A model generated the notes under the pieces. It was not told the origin of the DNA and made no database searches. It was given only the letters and a program-made list of their open reading frames with translations. Positions 41,830 to 56,709 of a DNA stretch of 64,000 nucleotides are shown in pieces. Positions within the stretch are counted from its first letter, which is position 1, and each line of letters opens with the position of its first letter. Both the position numbers and the translations under genes were made by a program. Origin of the DNA: Eledone cirrhosa (Eukaryota); the NCBI GenBank assembly GCA_964016885.1, contig OZ024741.1, forward strand, positions 344,224,001 to 344,288,000, given 5' to 3'.

Positions 41830-42311
41830 TTTTGACTCTGCTTCCAATGAATTATATCGTTGAAATTTTGTATTTCAAAATTTGCTTCACAATATCTTCT
41901 ACATACGGATTACATTGAGTTCTTCATACGGCTTGGACCCTACCATTAATTGGTGGATTTATCTGTGTACATATATACATATATATAAATATATATACAC
42001 ACACACACAAACATATATATATATATTTGACAAACTTCTGATATTATATTTGTGTTTTAACCTTTATAATATATTCCAATGAAACCGGCCTTGTGCTAGG
42101 ATGAAACGATCGTAAGTGATTAAATTTTAAACACTCTTTGATTTTTATAATGTATTTCGGCTATGTCATATACTAATTATTTTAGATTGAGGTATTCTCA
42201 TACTTGTAATTGGATATTTAATATTACCCACATTATGTATATATTGAGTTAGGAACTCAAAATAGTCTCTTACAACAAAATAGCTCTAAGAAAGTGTTAT
42301 TTCCGAGCCGT

Positions 42312-42741
42312 ATATTATAATAGAATATAAAAGAAAAACGAACACAGATATATACATATATGCGTTCAAATAGTAAGGGACCAGATTCGCTAAGATGAAA
42401 AGAATACTAACTATGGACAATTGGGTTTGCTTGTCTCAATTAAGAAAAAATTAAGAAAATAAATACAAACCGGAATTGTGGTAACTACCAATCACCCAGA
42501 CAACTTGGTGTTGTTTCGCAATGTTAATTGTGAATAGAATTACCAATTCAAGCTCATCAGTGGGTCATTACCACAATTCTGGTTTGTATTTATTTTCTTG
42601 ATTTTTTCTTAATTGAGACAAGCAAACCCTATTGTCTATAGTTAATATTCTTTTCACCTTAGCGAATCTGGTCCCTTACGATTTGAACGCATATCTGTAT
42701 ATATCTGTGTTCGCTTTTTCTTTTATATTCTATTATAATAT
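42312..42741. mobile_element. Palindromic element whose spacer is a complete HHR
   Basis: Arms 42312-42484 / 42568-42741. Confidence 0.85.
42494..42565 (-). ncRNA. Type I hammerhead ribozyme with true stem III
   Basis: Minus strand: accca-CTGATGA-gc..gc-GAAAC-aac(accaa)gtt-GTC-tgggt. Confidence 0.82.
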
Positions 42742-43511
42742 TATATATATATATATATATATTTATTTATTTATTTATTTACATATAGATACAATTATAT
42801 ATATATATATATATGTATGTGTGTACGGCGTAATTCAGGCTGTTTATTTGTCTACAAACAAACCGAACATTATAATAAATGTTCGGTAAACCGATACGTG
42901 CATATATATATGCGTGCATGTATGTATATATATACATACTACTGTACGTCTGTATACATATATGCATATATGTACGTATACATACATATTTACATTTAAG
43001 TAAGTGCCGTACTAGGCGTGAGAAATGAAATTTCGTTTCATTCTATTCCATTTATCGTGTTCGGTGTACCCGGCCGACTGAACTCACTCGATATGCAAAT
43101 TAGGCTGCTCAGCCGTTAATATGCATAAGGAAAGTATACTTTCAGACGTTCAACCATCTGGCAGGAAGATATACGATGCTGACGATAGCTAATAAGCTTA
43201 AAACTAGTACACCGTTCCTGTGTCAGTGTTGAACAAAAAGGTGACGTGGTTGCCTAAACACTGTACGGCGTAATTCGAGCTGTTTCTTTGTTTACAAACA
43301 AACAAACCGAGCATTATAATAAATGTTCGGGAAACCGATACCTGCATATATATATATATATGTGTGCATGTATGTATATATATACATACTACTGTACGTC
43401 TGTATACATATATGTATGTACGTATACATACATACATATATATATATATAAAGAATTAGTATATCTACCAACATATATATACAGATGCATACCTATGCTA
43501 GCAAATATATA

Positions 43512-44176
43512 GGTTTTGTCTTAATAACTTTGTGGTTCAATGCAAGGGGATGCAGAACAATTATATGAATGACGTAAAATAAGAAAATTATAAAAATTAA
43601 CTTACTAAAATTTCACTCCAACTAATTAGTTTCTGAAAGGGAATAAACATGGTTTCCAAATGGAAAGCATGGAGAAGCCGTTTCGTCTTCAGGAAGTCTG
43701 TTCTCAGCTAAGATACCTGGCGATGCGTGGACACAGGGAACATATAAAAAAAATAATTCAATGGATGGAAAAAAGCAAGCGTGGACTAAATTCCAAGACA
43801 AAAATTTGCCAAAACTGCTACTATAGTTCATAGTAACGGCTTGGCTACTGTCTTTTTAACACCCCACTCTTCACTGATTAACCTGGATGTCACGTGATTG
43901 ATTCTTTTGAATTTGCCACGGACCAAGTAGGCACTGATTTTTTCAATGTCTTGGAATTTAGTCCACCATTGCTTTTTTCCATCCACTGAATTATTTTTGT
44001 GTAAGTTCCCTGTGTCCACGCATCGCCAGGTATCTTAGCTGAGAACAGACTTCCTGATGACGCAACGGTTTCTCCATGCTTTCCATTTGGAAACCATGTT
44101 TATTCCCTTTCAGAAACTAATTAGTTGGAGTGAAATTTTAGTAAGTTAATTTTTATAATTTTCTTATTTTACGTCA

Positions 44177-44183
<7 letters not shown>
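43512..44183. mobile_element. Palindromic PLE-type insertion
   Basis: Arms 43563-43800 / 43947-44183, 146-bp spacer, ~50-nt left tail; CTGATGA/CTGAAGA box in the arms. Confidence 0.8.
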
Positions 44184-44242
<59 letters not shown>

Positions 44243-44248
<6 letters not shown>

Positions 44249-44934
44249 TCTTTAAGTCGTTTGGAAGCCTCGGCAATGCAAATGGGTAAATCTCCGGGTA
44301 ACAAGGTCCGGTGGTGGAGAGAGAGATGTAAGTGGGTGTACGTTGAGATGCGTGGTGTGTATAACATGTGTGAGATGTGTAGAATGAAGGGAAGAGTATA
44401 AAGGATAAAAATAAAAATAACAACACAAGAGAGAGTTACCTTGGGAGAGATTTAATAGTCCCTATATATTTCGGATTCACATCCATCAACTGGGTTTTTT
44501 TTCCGGGGTGGGGGAAAAGGTTGTCTGTCGGACAACTCGGAACACGTCTTTCGCTGTTTGTTGATATTCAAATCAACAAACAGCGAAAGACGTGTTCCGA
44601 GTTGTCCGACAGACAACCTTTTCCCCCACCCCGGAAAAAAACCCCAGTTGACGGATGTGAATCCGAAATATATAGGGATTATTAAATCTCTCCCAAGGTA
44701 ACTATCTCTTGTGTTGTTATTTTTATTTTTATCCTTTATACTCTTCCCTTCATTCTACACATCTCACACATGTTATACACACCACGCATCTCAACGTACA
44801 CCCACTTACATCTCTCTCTCCACCACCGGACCTTGTTACCCGGAGATTTACCCATTTGCATTGTCGAGGCTTCCAAACGACTTAAAGATATTTACTTATT
44901 GTTCCACAATGCTTCAAGCAAACTTCAATACTCT

Positions 44935-44937
<3 letters not shown>
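44243..44937. mobile_element. Near-perfect palindrome (323-bp arms, 6-nt loop) + 43-nt tail in (TA)n
   Basis: 44243-44565 / 44572-44894; mirror ORFs 44178-44426(-) and 44711-45001(+). Confidence 0.9.
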
Positions 44938-45002
<65 letters not shown>

Positions 45003-45887
45003 TGCGCTTGTCATTCTTTATTTGCACAAAAGGTAGTATGTTTAAACAATTGTGATATTATATAGTAATCCCTACTAGTAAATAACGGTAGGTTTCACAA
45101 ACATGATTTCCAGTAGAAAATAAGTATGATTGGCTGTGAAAATTACGGTAAGTGGTGAACAGCTTATGTTAAGGCGCATCAACTGATGTGAATGACAGGT
45201 TTGCATAGAGGCACATTTTTACTTTCGGCGAGTTTTGTTTCGTGGTGAAATTACCGTGAATTTTCTGATAGTTTCGACAATTCTAAAGCACTTCAGTTGC
45301 AAGTGAGTTCTAACTCACTGAGGAAACCATCCTAGCTTAACCTTAACAAACCTATGGTAACGTACCGTATGAGCTATGGCAAGTCATTGATATTATTATA
45401 ATATCTACATTAAATAGACTTAACAAATATGGAGATATAGCGGTGGGCTGTTATTGTTATGGTAAGTGGTGTACGAGTGTTAATCAGTCAGTTTCACAGT
45501 TTGCCCCTCAGTGATAAACGTTCAGATTTTATAATCGGTGGACAAGTCGACCCCTGGTTTGGGAGGGATATTTTTAGGCTCCAAATGTCGACTTATATAT
45601 ACCCGCTTGTCACTAATCTGTAAAGATCTTTCTTGTGAGTGTATCATGAAACAATTTATACATCTCATATGTATTTTGTCTGAAGAAGGCATGCTCTGAT
45701 TTATGTTAAACATAAATTTTTACATCCCCGAATATAATGAAATAAAATAGTGATGTTATAAAGTTATATCTTTCGTTGATAACTACTATTATCATAATAG
45801 TCCAGATAAGTATTATCTTTTGAGTGCTTCGTATCTGTTATAAACATATGTCAGTTGATTACATATCAACGAAGTCTTTAACTCATT

Positions 45888-45965
<78 letters not shown>

Positions 45966-46139
45966 TAATAATGATGGCTGCGCGTTGCAAATGGTGGTGC
46001 ATATGAAAAAGTAAGTCCTTCATCAGTGACCCTCCAACCGTCCTAGGCATTTCATCGCTTTAAGGGCCATATGCCTCAGGTTGGTGCGTAAAATAACAGA
46101 TTAAAGTTTAAGCAAAGAATCGGTGCTTTCCGCCTTAAT

Positions 46140-46207
<68 letters not shown>

Positions 46208-46544
46208 GCACACACACACACACATACTAACTCTCTCAAATTTTTCCTTCTCAGGGATAAACCAGTATCCACTAATTTACCGTATTTTAGCATTTCGATT
46301 TTGTTATTTCTGTCCTTTTGTTATTTTCCCAGCAGCAACAGCACCACCACTACCCCCGCCACCACGGATAAACTACACTCCATCAGGTCTACTCAGACAA
46401 GTTTGACACACACGCAGACTATTGGCGGCTTACGCATACCTCTTTGTTTGATACCTGTGCTCAGTTTATCAACGAAACTTATCTTCAGCCTTCTTTCTTT
46501 ATTCTTTATTATTTACTTTCTTCCTCTTGCTATTTTCTTAGAGC

Positions 46545-47145
46545 GTCGGTTACCATGCCTCGCAGCATAGAGTTATCACCCTTCACGCTCTGATTTCCGA
46601 TCCTCCTGGGGATAGCTCTGCTCTTCTTTCTGGCCGTGTCGATAAAATAATGTACCAGTAATGCACTGGGGTCGATTTAATCGATTTTCCTTCCCCAAAA
46701 TTGATGGACTTGTGCCTATATAAGAAAGCACTATATTATATAAGGGCGGTGGATTGGCAGTATCAGTAGAGCGTCAGACACCATGCTTTGCAGCATAGAG
46801 TAATGGTCCTTTACGTTCTGAGTTCAAATCCCGCCGAGGTTAACTTTGCCTTTCATTCTTAAGGGGTCGATAAAATAAAGTACCAGTAATGCACTGTAAT
46901 AATTGCTGGCCTTGTGCCAAAAGTAGAAATATTATTTTATAAATCTATAATAAAGGGTGGTGGATTGGCAGTATCGGTAGAGGGTCGGACGCCATGCTTT
47001 GCAGCATAGAGTTATGGCTCTTTACGTTCTGAGTTCAAATCCTCCCGAGGTTAACTTTGTCTTTCATCCTTACGGGGTCGATAAAGTAAAGTACCAGTAA
47101 TATACTGGAATAATTGCTGGCCTTGTGCCAAAAGTGGAAACAATT
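46545..47145 (+). mobile_element. Three head-to-tail SINE copies
   Basis: Family consensus at ~46545-46730 (partial), 46743-46930 and 46953-47145. Confidence 0.85.
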
Positions 47146-47932
47146 ATTTTCTTCTTTCAACTTAGTTTTCTGTTTTCCCTTTTATTTTATTTTATTTCAT
47201 TTTATTTCATTTTATTTCATCTTATTTCATTTTGTTTTTACTTTATTGTATTATTTTTCTTTTTTATGTTTTATTTCTTTAGTTTTCTGTTTCAGTGGTT
47301 TTATGGTTCCTTAATTCCTTTCTCACATAATGTTCCGTCATATGTTTTATAACCTTTCATGTACACTACACATCATTCCATTCACTTATTTATTTATTAA
47401 TGTATTTATTTATCTACTAATCTCTACCTATTTGTATTTATATCAATACTGATGATGATGTTGTTGTCATCGTTGTAATTGTTACTGCTGTTGATGTTCC
47501 GACTGTCGGCCATATCTAACACACTCTTCTACCCACAGTCTATGAACTTTAGATGTCGACTACTGATACGACAATTGACCGGAAAATAGCAACGCTTTGC
47601 GCGGGTGTATATAAGTGGTGGAATAGATAGCATACCAGTGATCCGATGGACACTCTTACACTAGTAAAAACCAATACGTCTGACGAGCAGATCGTGGTCG
47701 ATTGTTTTTCGAGCTAACTGGTTGGGAAACGCACGTCAGGCGTGAATAGAATACAGTTAGTATAAGATGTTAAATTGTTACTTGGTTCCCACGTGCTTAT
47801 TATGAACACTCTATATATTAACAAAAACCGGAGACAATACAAACGGCGAATCCTATATTCGTAAATTGATTCAAATAACAGCGTTGAGTGTACAAGTTGG
47901 TGAAAAATCAGTAAGTGAATGTTACATACGAC

Positions 47933-48037
<105 letters not shown>

Positions 48038-48078
48038 CATATATACACGCACAGACACTTGTACACACATACATACAC

Positions 48079-48142
<64 letters not shown>

Positions 48143-48318
48143 ATGTGTGTGCGTGTGTGTGTGTGTATGTATGCATATATATTTATATGCATATATCTTA
48201 CATAGATTCAAATATATATGTGTGTATGTGAGTGTGGGGATTGTGTGTGGTAGTGTTTAATTACATGTATGTGTATGTATTTTTGTGAGTGTTCATGAAT
48301 AAATATATATACATATGC

Positions 48319-48386
<68 letters not shown>

Positions 48387-48414
48387 ATATAAATAAATAT
48401 ATATATATACATAC

Positions 48415-48474
<60 letters not shown>

Positions 48475-48491
48475 GTATGTATATATATATA

Positions 48492-48543
<52 letters not shown>

Positions 48544-49026
48544 CATACATACATACACTTACATTTATGTATATATTTGTATAATGAATGTACAATTGTA
48601 GATGTACAGAGCTTTTGGCGTAGTTATATATAATATGCATTGACAAACTCACGCTCACACGCACACAGATACGCACACACACAGATACACCACATACACA
48701 CACACTATCACACATACACACACACACACGCTCACGCAGAGCTACATATATAATTGAACAACACCCACGCAGCATGATCAATAAGTTACACAATACCCTC
48801 TGCAGCAATGTGCAGTGACGTCATGCTTTAAACGTTATCAACATGTTACATCAAGGATGGACTGTCAGTCAACCTACCAACCAGCCAGCCAGCTAGCAAT
48901 CCACCCACGTTCATTGATAAAAGACCTAAGATAAAAAAAACAATAACTGTTCTGGATCCCTGCAAATACGTACGCACATGCATTCACACAAACTCAAGAC
49001 TATACGTACACAATACGTACACAATC

Positions 49027-49075
<49 letters not shown>

Positions 49076-49084
49076 GTATATATA

Positions 49085-49305
49085 TATAGTAATAATAATA
49101 AATTTGAAGACTAAAATCCAAAGAGGGCTCGATAAGGATAAATATATATCAAATATATAAGAACCCTAGAGCAAATATTTATTAAAATAACAGATTAAAG
49201 TTTAAGCAAAGAATCGCTGCTTTCACCCTTAGTTTCAGGAGATCCCGTTAAGGGTGGAAGCAGCGATGCTTTGCTTAAACTTTAATCTGTTATTTTAATA
49301 AATAT
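49085..49305. mobile_element. Mini fold-back element + ~90-nt tail
   Basis: atatttattaaaataacagattaaagtttaagcaaag.. and its reverse complement; second copy at 55212-55445; fragments at ~40888-40931 and ~46089-46138. Confidence 0.8.
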
Positions 49306-49353
49306 ATATATATATGTGTGCGTGTGTGTGTTTATGTATATATATTTGTATAT

Positions 49354-49435
<82 letters not shown>

Positions 49436-49610
49436 TTTAGAAACACACAGATACATGCGGACACAGACATATACATGAATGCATCCACACTCAACCGTGA
49501 GTTAATGGTGCCAACCTTACCGATGTTGCTCAATGAATGACTGGGACAGACCAATCCGGTTGAATTAGACTGAACCAGTATCAGAGTTAAAAATACATTA
49601 TGAAGACAGA

Positions 49611-50121
49611 AGAAACATTTAGATATAATTAGTAATAAAATGTATCATACCTAAACTGCTTCTAGATTCCTCGACTACGTAGTTTCGTGGCATAAACAAA
49701 AACAATATATCATAAAGATATAGAGTCTTTGCGAGGTCTGCCGACTTATCAAGGGGATACCTCATTTTACTAGTCTCAAGAACGCGTCTACACGACGTGA
49801 GAAAGAATCCCAAAAGGCGGAGGGGGAGATAGTCACGCGATATAACGGTCGAGATATAACGGTCGCGATATAACGGTCGATAACCGTTATATCGCGTGAC
49901 TGTCTCCCCCTCCGCCTTTTGGGATTCTTTCTCACGTCGTGTAGACGCGTTCTTGAGACTAGTAAAATGAGGTATCCTCTTGATAAGTCGGCAGACCTCG
50001 CAGGGACTCGATATCTTTATGATGTATTGTTTTTGTTTATGCCACGAAACTACGTAGTCGAGGAATCTAGGAGCAGTTTAGGTATGATACATTTTATTAC
50101 TAATTATATCTAAATGTTTCT
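49611..50121. mobile_element. Palindromic pLTR pair with an HHR in each arm
   Basis: Arms 49611-49849 / 49883-50121; mirror ORFs 49619-49813(-) and 49919-50113(+); 14-bp triplication at the centre. Confidence 0.9.
49975..50064 (+). ncRNA. Hammerhead ribozyme, U3-A8 core variant (mirror copy 49668-49757, -)
   Basis: tcctc-TTGATAA-gtcggca..tgccac-GAAAC-tacgta-GTC-gagga. Confidence 0.75.
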
Positions 50122-50130
50122 TCTCTCTTC

Positions 50131-50306
<176 letters not shown>

Positions 50307-50679
50307 GAGACAGAGAGAGAGAGAAAGAGAGAGAGAGAGGGTGAAATTGGAAATAGCACGGAAAATATATTTAAGGGTCTGTTTTTCTTTCTTTTCATTT
50401 CTTTGATTCGTCAAAGTGACATTATTGAAAAAATGATAGGGACAATTCTTTTAAAAAAGAGTTTTATAATGTATATAAAGAATATAAATTATGAGTATTA
50501 CAATTAAAAAGAATTAATAAGAATTAAAAACTAAAAATTAAAGATTTGAAATTAAGTGTTGAGGAAAGTTTTTTTTCATCTACTTTGTTGAGAAGGAAAC
50601 TGGAAAGATGAATTCTTGTATATAGAGAGAGAGGTGAAGACATATATACACGCACGCACACACGCACGCACACACACAC

Positions 50680-50754
<75 letters not shown>

Positions 50755-50873
50755 GTAGAACATTGGGGGTTATATCCGTAGAAGTAGAGCACTTAGTCCA
50801 TGGGACGAGTTTGGTAATTATACATATGTATATATATATATATATATAATATATATATATATACATACATACA

Positions 50874-50910
<37 letters not shown>

Positions 50911-50959
50911 AGGACACAGAAAATGCAATATGATGAGAGGAGCGAAAAAGTAACATACC

Positions 50960-52620
50960 GCATCGTCCTTCCCGCGTATTAACAAGGGACGTGATCAGGC
51001 ATTAGGTAGAGGGGCCTATTCTAAAAATATATTGCAGTCTCCATTTTATGTCGCAAGAACTGGCGGTGGGCGAAATCAGAATACTTATCTAAGATGGAGG
51101 CCTACATCACACTTAGGAATCTCAAAGCAGATTTTACTACTAACCCTACAGCTGGGTTCGTAGTAAAATAGAGTTAGGAATATTAAGCAAGGATTTGCTC
51201 AGAAATATAAATAAGACCACTAGACAATATTCTAAGCTTAACAAATGGGAAAATAGTCAAGTAGTAGTTAATTGGTTCAATTCTTTCAAGAACATTGTTA
51301 AGACCAAATTCATCCAATATGATATTTTTGATTTCTATGCATCGATATCAAATCAAGGACATTGCTCGACAAAGCTTCGTATTTCGCTAGGAAATTCTCG
51401 GATATCCATTACTTGGACCGTCTGGTTATATTCTCCTGCAGGAAAATACGTGGCTTCCCTTATTAAAAATCCACTACAAATGATCTTTTTGACATCCCTA
51501 TAAGATCATTTCATAGCGTTGATATTTATCATTTGGTTGGTTTCTTATCCTTGTTACATTACTCGCTAAATTCTCGGACTTTCATACGGGTGTATACCGC
51601 GACGATGGTCTCACCCTAGCTTGCCATAAAAACGGCCATGACCTCGACACTTAGTAAGAACTTAATTACTACTTGTGGCGAACAAGAACTAAAACTTACA
51701 GTAACTACTAAAATTACTAGTGCCAACTTCAGAGACCTACGTACACGCACTCATAAACCATGTCATAAGCCTAGTGCGAACCTTAGATATATACATAAAA
51801 GCTCATGCCATCCACCTACAGTCTTTAAGAACATTAGCAGGCGTATATGCAAACTCTCTTCAAACAAAACTATATTTGACAGGGCAGCCCCACACTATAA
51901 CACAGCCGTAAGCAACAGCGTCTTAGAGAACATTTCCTACTCTCCATACCACCACCCTAACACGAACAGGAAAATACCTGTGTACAAATCTACTATCTGC
52001 CCAAACCCCATCGTTTCGCCATTAACGTTAAAATTAATGTAGGTAAAAAAATCTTAGCACTTATAGATGAACATGTCCCTCTAGGAACACACAGTAAAAA
52101 TAGGATACTCATATCTTAGAAATATGAAATCCTGCCTCTTAAATAAACACCCTAGTTCACAAACCTATGAATGCTCATGTAAAACCCAGATACATACCCG
52201 CTTGATTAACAGTATAAAACCCCAACCGTAATATACGGGACTGAAATCACATCATCAAATCAACATCATCAGAAAGAAACCTAGACATAGGTAGGCATGT
52301 AAGAGAGTCGATTTAAAAACCGTTTTATAAATTATGAAACGACTTTCAGACATTCGGACAGGACGAATACCGCGAAGCTGGCAAGTCAGGTATGGAAATT
52401 TAAGTACATAGATAAAAATGTCTCCATAAAATAAAAAATAGTCAAAAAGTCTAGACCTTATATAAATGGATCAAAAAGCTGCAATTTATGCACGATTGAA
52501 AGGTAGTTTACCATCCAAAACCTTTCTACCTTAAACACCAGGATTTCATAAATCGTTGTTCTCGTGCTTCTAGGAACCTTTTGCAGAAATGGCTCGCTTG
52601 AAAATTTTAATTCCTTTAAT
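50960..52620 (+). pseudogene. Heavily decayed PLE RT + GIY-YIG
   Basis: KWENSQVVVNWF, FIQYDIFDFYASI, GVYRDDGL (ggtgtataccgcgacgatggtctc, ~51589), YIHKSSCHPP, CNLCTIE (~52480); many stops and frameshifts. Confidence 0.8.
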
Positions 52621-52921
52621 TATTAATTTTTCCCATTGTTCACCTCTCATATAGACACTACTCTTTATGCAATAAATAACTCGTCTGCAATTTTACTTCT
52701 CTGTAAATTACTTCCTTCAGAAACTCAGAACGCTCCTATGTTTTCTTCTACCACAAGCTCACTTTTCCATTGAAACACTACAAGCTAAATAAGTGTTGAA
52801 TTCACTCAACAAAACTCGTGTCCCTGCGTTTCTCCGTGTTATGCCTTTGTTGAATTTAATTATATATATATGTAATGTATATATGTAATGTATATATAAC
52901 ATATATAATATAAATATATAT

Positions 52922-52975
<54 letters not shown>

Positions 52976-53100
52976 ATATATATATATTACATATATATAT
53001 ATATATATATATATAGGTACACAGACACACACATATATATGTATATATATATATATATATTATATTCAATATCGACGTTATATCTATATATATCTATATC

Positions 53101-53164
<64 letters not shown>

Positions 53165-53213
53165 TATATATATTACATATATATAATGTTTATATATAAA
53201 ATGTATAAATATA

Positions 53214-53249
<36 letters not shown>

Positions 53250-53626
53250 AATATAAATATATATATGTGTGTGTGTGTACAAGGATGTGAATGTGTGCGC
53301 GTGAGTGCGTGAGAGCATGACTGTGTCTTCCATTGTGAGTATTTAAAGAATACACGAACAGGGGAATATAGAAATAACGAATGTCGAAATAATGGAAGTA
53401 GTAAAAATAAACGAATTTATGATGCTATGCAAGAGAGACGAGCGACAACTGCCGAATATATATTGAACCAGAACAATAAAACTTACTGATCTGTGACGTC
53501 ATCAGACACGAACCAATACTTTCAAGATGACTTTTACGTTTTTCTTTAAATTTCTCGTTCAATTATTTGTTCCTATTTGTCAGTGGGTGTTTGCACGTAT
53601 ACATGAGTGTGTGCATGTGCCTTTGC

Positions 53627-53709
<83 letters not shown>

Positions 53710-53808
53710 TGTGTGTGAATGTGCGTGTATGCGTGTACATATGTACATACAACTTATAAATCATCTACTTCAGTGCATTGAGGTCTCTCGCATTGTGACA
53801 CAAATTTG

Positions 53809-53916
<108 letters not shown>

Positions 53917-53927
53917 GTATATGTATA

Positions 53928-53968
<41 letters not shown>

Positions 53969-54297
53969 GTATAAACACACACACATATATATATATATAT
54001 ATACATGTACATATATTTATACATACACATATCTATCTCTCTATATATAGGTACACAGACACAAACACACACATAAATATGTATATATACATATATATAT
54101 ATATGTAGATATAACGTCGATATTGAATATAATATATATATATATGTATATATACATATTTATGTGTGTGTTTGTGTCTGTGTACCTATATATAGAGAGA
54201 TAGATATGTGTATGTATAAATATATGTACATGTATATATATATATATGTGTGTGTGTGTTTATACATATATATATATATATATGTTTATACATATAC

Positions 54298-54330
<33 letters not shown>

Positions 54331-54346
54331 AATATATGTGTGTATG

Positions 54347-54445
<99 letters not shown>

Positions 54446-54548
54446 TTATATATATATATATATATACATGTACATGTACATATATTTATATATAAACATA
54501 TTTATATATAAATATATTTATATATAAATATATTTTGATACATATACA

Positions 54549-54661
<113 letters not shown>

Positions 54662-55030
54662 CTGTGTTTGTCTGTGTGTGTGTGTATATATATATATGTG
54701 TGTGTAATGTGTGTGTGTGTATACGTTTTTATGTATTTTTATATACAATTATTTACGTATAGACCTATGTAAGTATATATGTATGCATACATGTATATGG
54801 CATTTTATTTATTTATCTATTTAAATTATCAACAGAGGGTTCTATGAGAATGTTTCTCTTAAAAACAGTTTTTCGTCTAGGGAATGATATATATAATATA
54901 TTTGTAACACCGACCAATAACTTTATCAAATAGAATCTTCTTCGCATCCGGGAAATTGTGAATTTTAAGTAATTTTACCTTCTAACTCTGCTGAAAAGTC
55001 AAAATACCAAACAGACTTTTAGATGTATGA

Positions 55031-55138
<108 letters not shown>

Positions 55139-55211
55139 GCATATGTATATATATATATAATATATATAAAGCATATATATATATATATAATGCATATAAA
55201 TATATAATATA

Positions 55212-55445
55212 TATAGTAATAATAATAAATTTGAAGACTAAAATCCAAAGAAGGCTCGATAAGGATAAATATATATCAAATATGTAAGAACCGTAGAGCA
55301 AATATTTATTAAAATAACAGATTAAAGTTTAAGCAAAGAATCGCTGCTTTCACCCTTAACGGGATCTTCTGAGTTTCAGAAGATCCCGTTAAGGGTGAAA
55401 GCAGCGATTGTTTGCTTAAACTTTAATCTGTTATTTTAATAAATA
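55212..55445. mobile_element. Mini fold-back element; right arm is an HHR-like fold (55371-55423, +)
   Basis: gagttt-CAGAAGA-t-ccc(gttaa)ggg-t-GAAAGCA-loop-TGCTT-aaactt. Confidence 0.75.
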
Positions 55446-55471
55446 TAATATATATATATATATATATACTG

Positions 55472-55504
<33 letters not shown>

Positions 55505-55689
55505 TTATATATATATAATGTGTATGTATATATATATATATAATGCATATATATATATATATATATAAGGAACCAAATAAATATTCTTAAAAAGACTCCA
55601 GTTGTATTTTCGATTTCATCTTTTTTCCTTATACTTTCACTCGTGTAGGACGTATCGTTTTTTTTTCATTTTGTAAAAAAAACTCATTT

Positions 55690-55751
<62 letters not shown>

Positions 55752-56599
55752 AGGAGTTGACTGACCCAGCATATTTATCAATGCCAGGACCGGTTGTATC
55801 TCAGTGTATCCCATGGGCAATGCAAGATACATTCCCAGACTATACACATTAGTTATTCGCTTCAATACAACACACGTAAAACGAGTGCCTATAATAGTTC
55901 CGGACTCGAGTTTCGGCGGCACTAATGCAGCAGTAAGGTGCACTGCACAATCCGTCTGCATATATTATGCAACAATGCACAATCGGCTTATGCGGCTTCA
56001 TCAGCGAGTTTCGCCTAATCAATAACCAGTCGATCGACCGAATTCAAACACCAGCCCATGCCTGTCCTGACTGCTTGTGACAACCGACACGGTAAAGCGA
56101 TTAGCAACAGTCACCCGATAAGATTCTATCTCTCGACCAGCAACCGATTTACGAATTTTACGTGGTGGCGGGAGACTAGAAAATCAATTTTTTTCTTTCC
56201 CGTCAAAACCTCAGCAAACATGTCTCATACACAAATTATTAAGAGGTGAAAAGATGGCTATTAGAAATAGCAGTCTACTTCGATGTGTAATAGAATGGTA
56301 GCATTCGGCTCAAGTCTCCAAGTCCCATGGCTAGAGGAAAGTGATAGTAACAATGGTAGTGCCAAGAACCTTTAACGGACTTTAAATGCGATTATCCATT
56401 ATAGAGCAATATAGTAGCGTGCTGAAATGTGTCTGCCGCGCGCGTAGAGAACCAGTCTATTTCCGAACTTAAAAGAGTGAGAGATAAAATTAATAGCAGG
56501 AAAATAGAGCGCATATCGAAACAAAAACACAATAAAAAAGTGAAAAATTGTTTAATTTACTCTCAATAGTCCGCTAGTTGGGAGATAATAATAATAAGG

Positions 56600-56709
<110 letters not shown>

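Noticed and set aside
44048-44110. HHR in the 43512-44183 palindrome
   Set aside because: CTGATGA and GAAAC are present, but stem I could not be closed convincingly.
44625-44680. HHR in the 44243-44937 palindrome
   Set aside because: ggat(gtga)atcc-GAAATATATA-ggg resembles the 3' half, but no acceptable CUGANGA box is present.
46743-47145. tRNA genes
   Set aside because: The A/B-box-like motifs belong to SINE heads; no cloverleaf.
42072-47744. Further HHR-like remnants at ~42072-42117 (CCAATGA..GAAACGATCGTA), ~45675-45745 and ~47676-47744 (CTGACGA..GAAACGCACGTC)
   Set aside because: Core or stem mutations are too extensive to call, though they are probably decayed PLE ribozymes.
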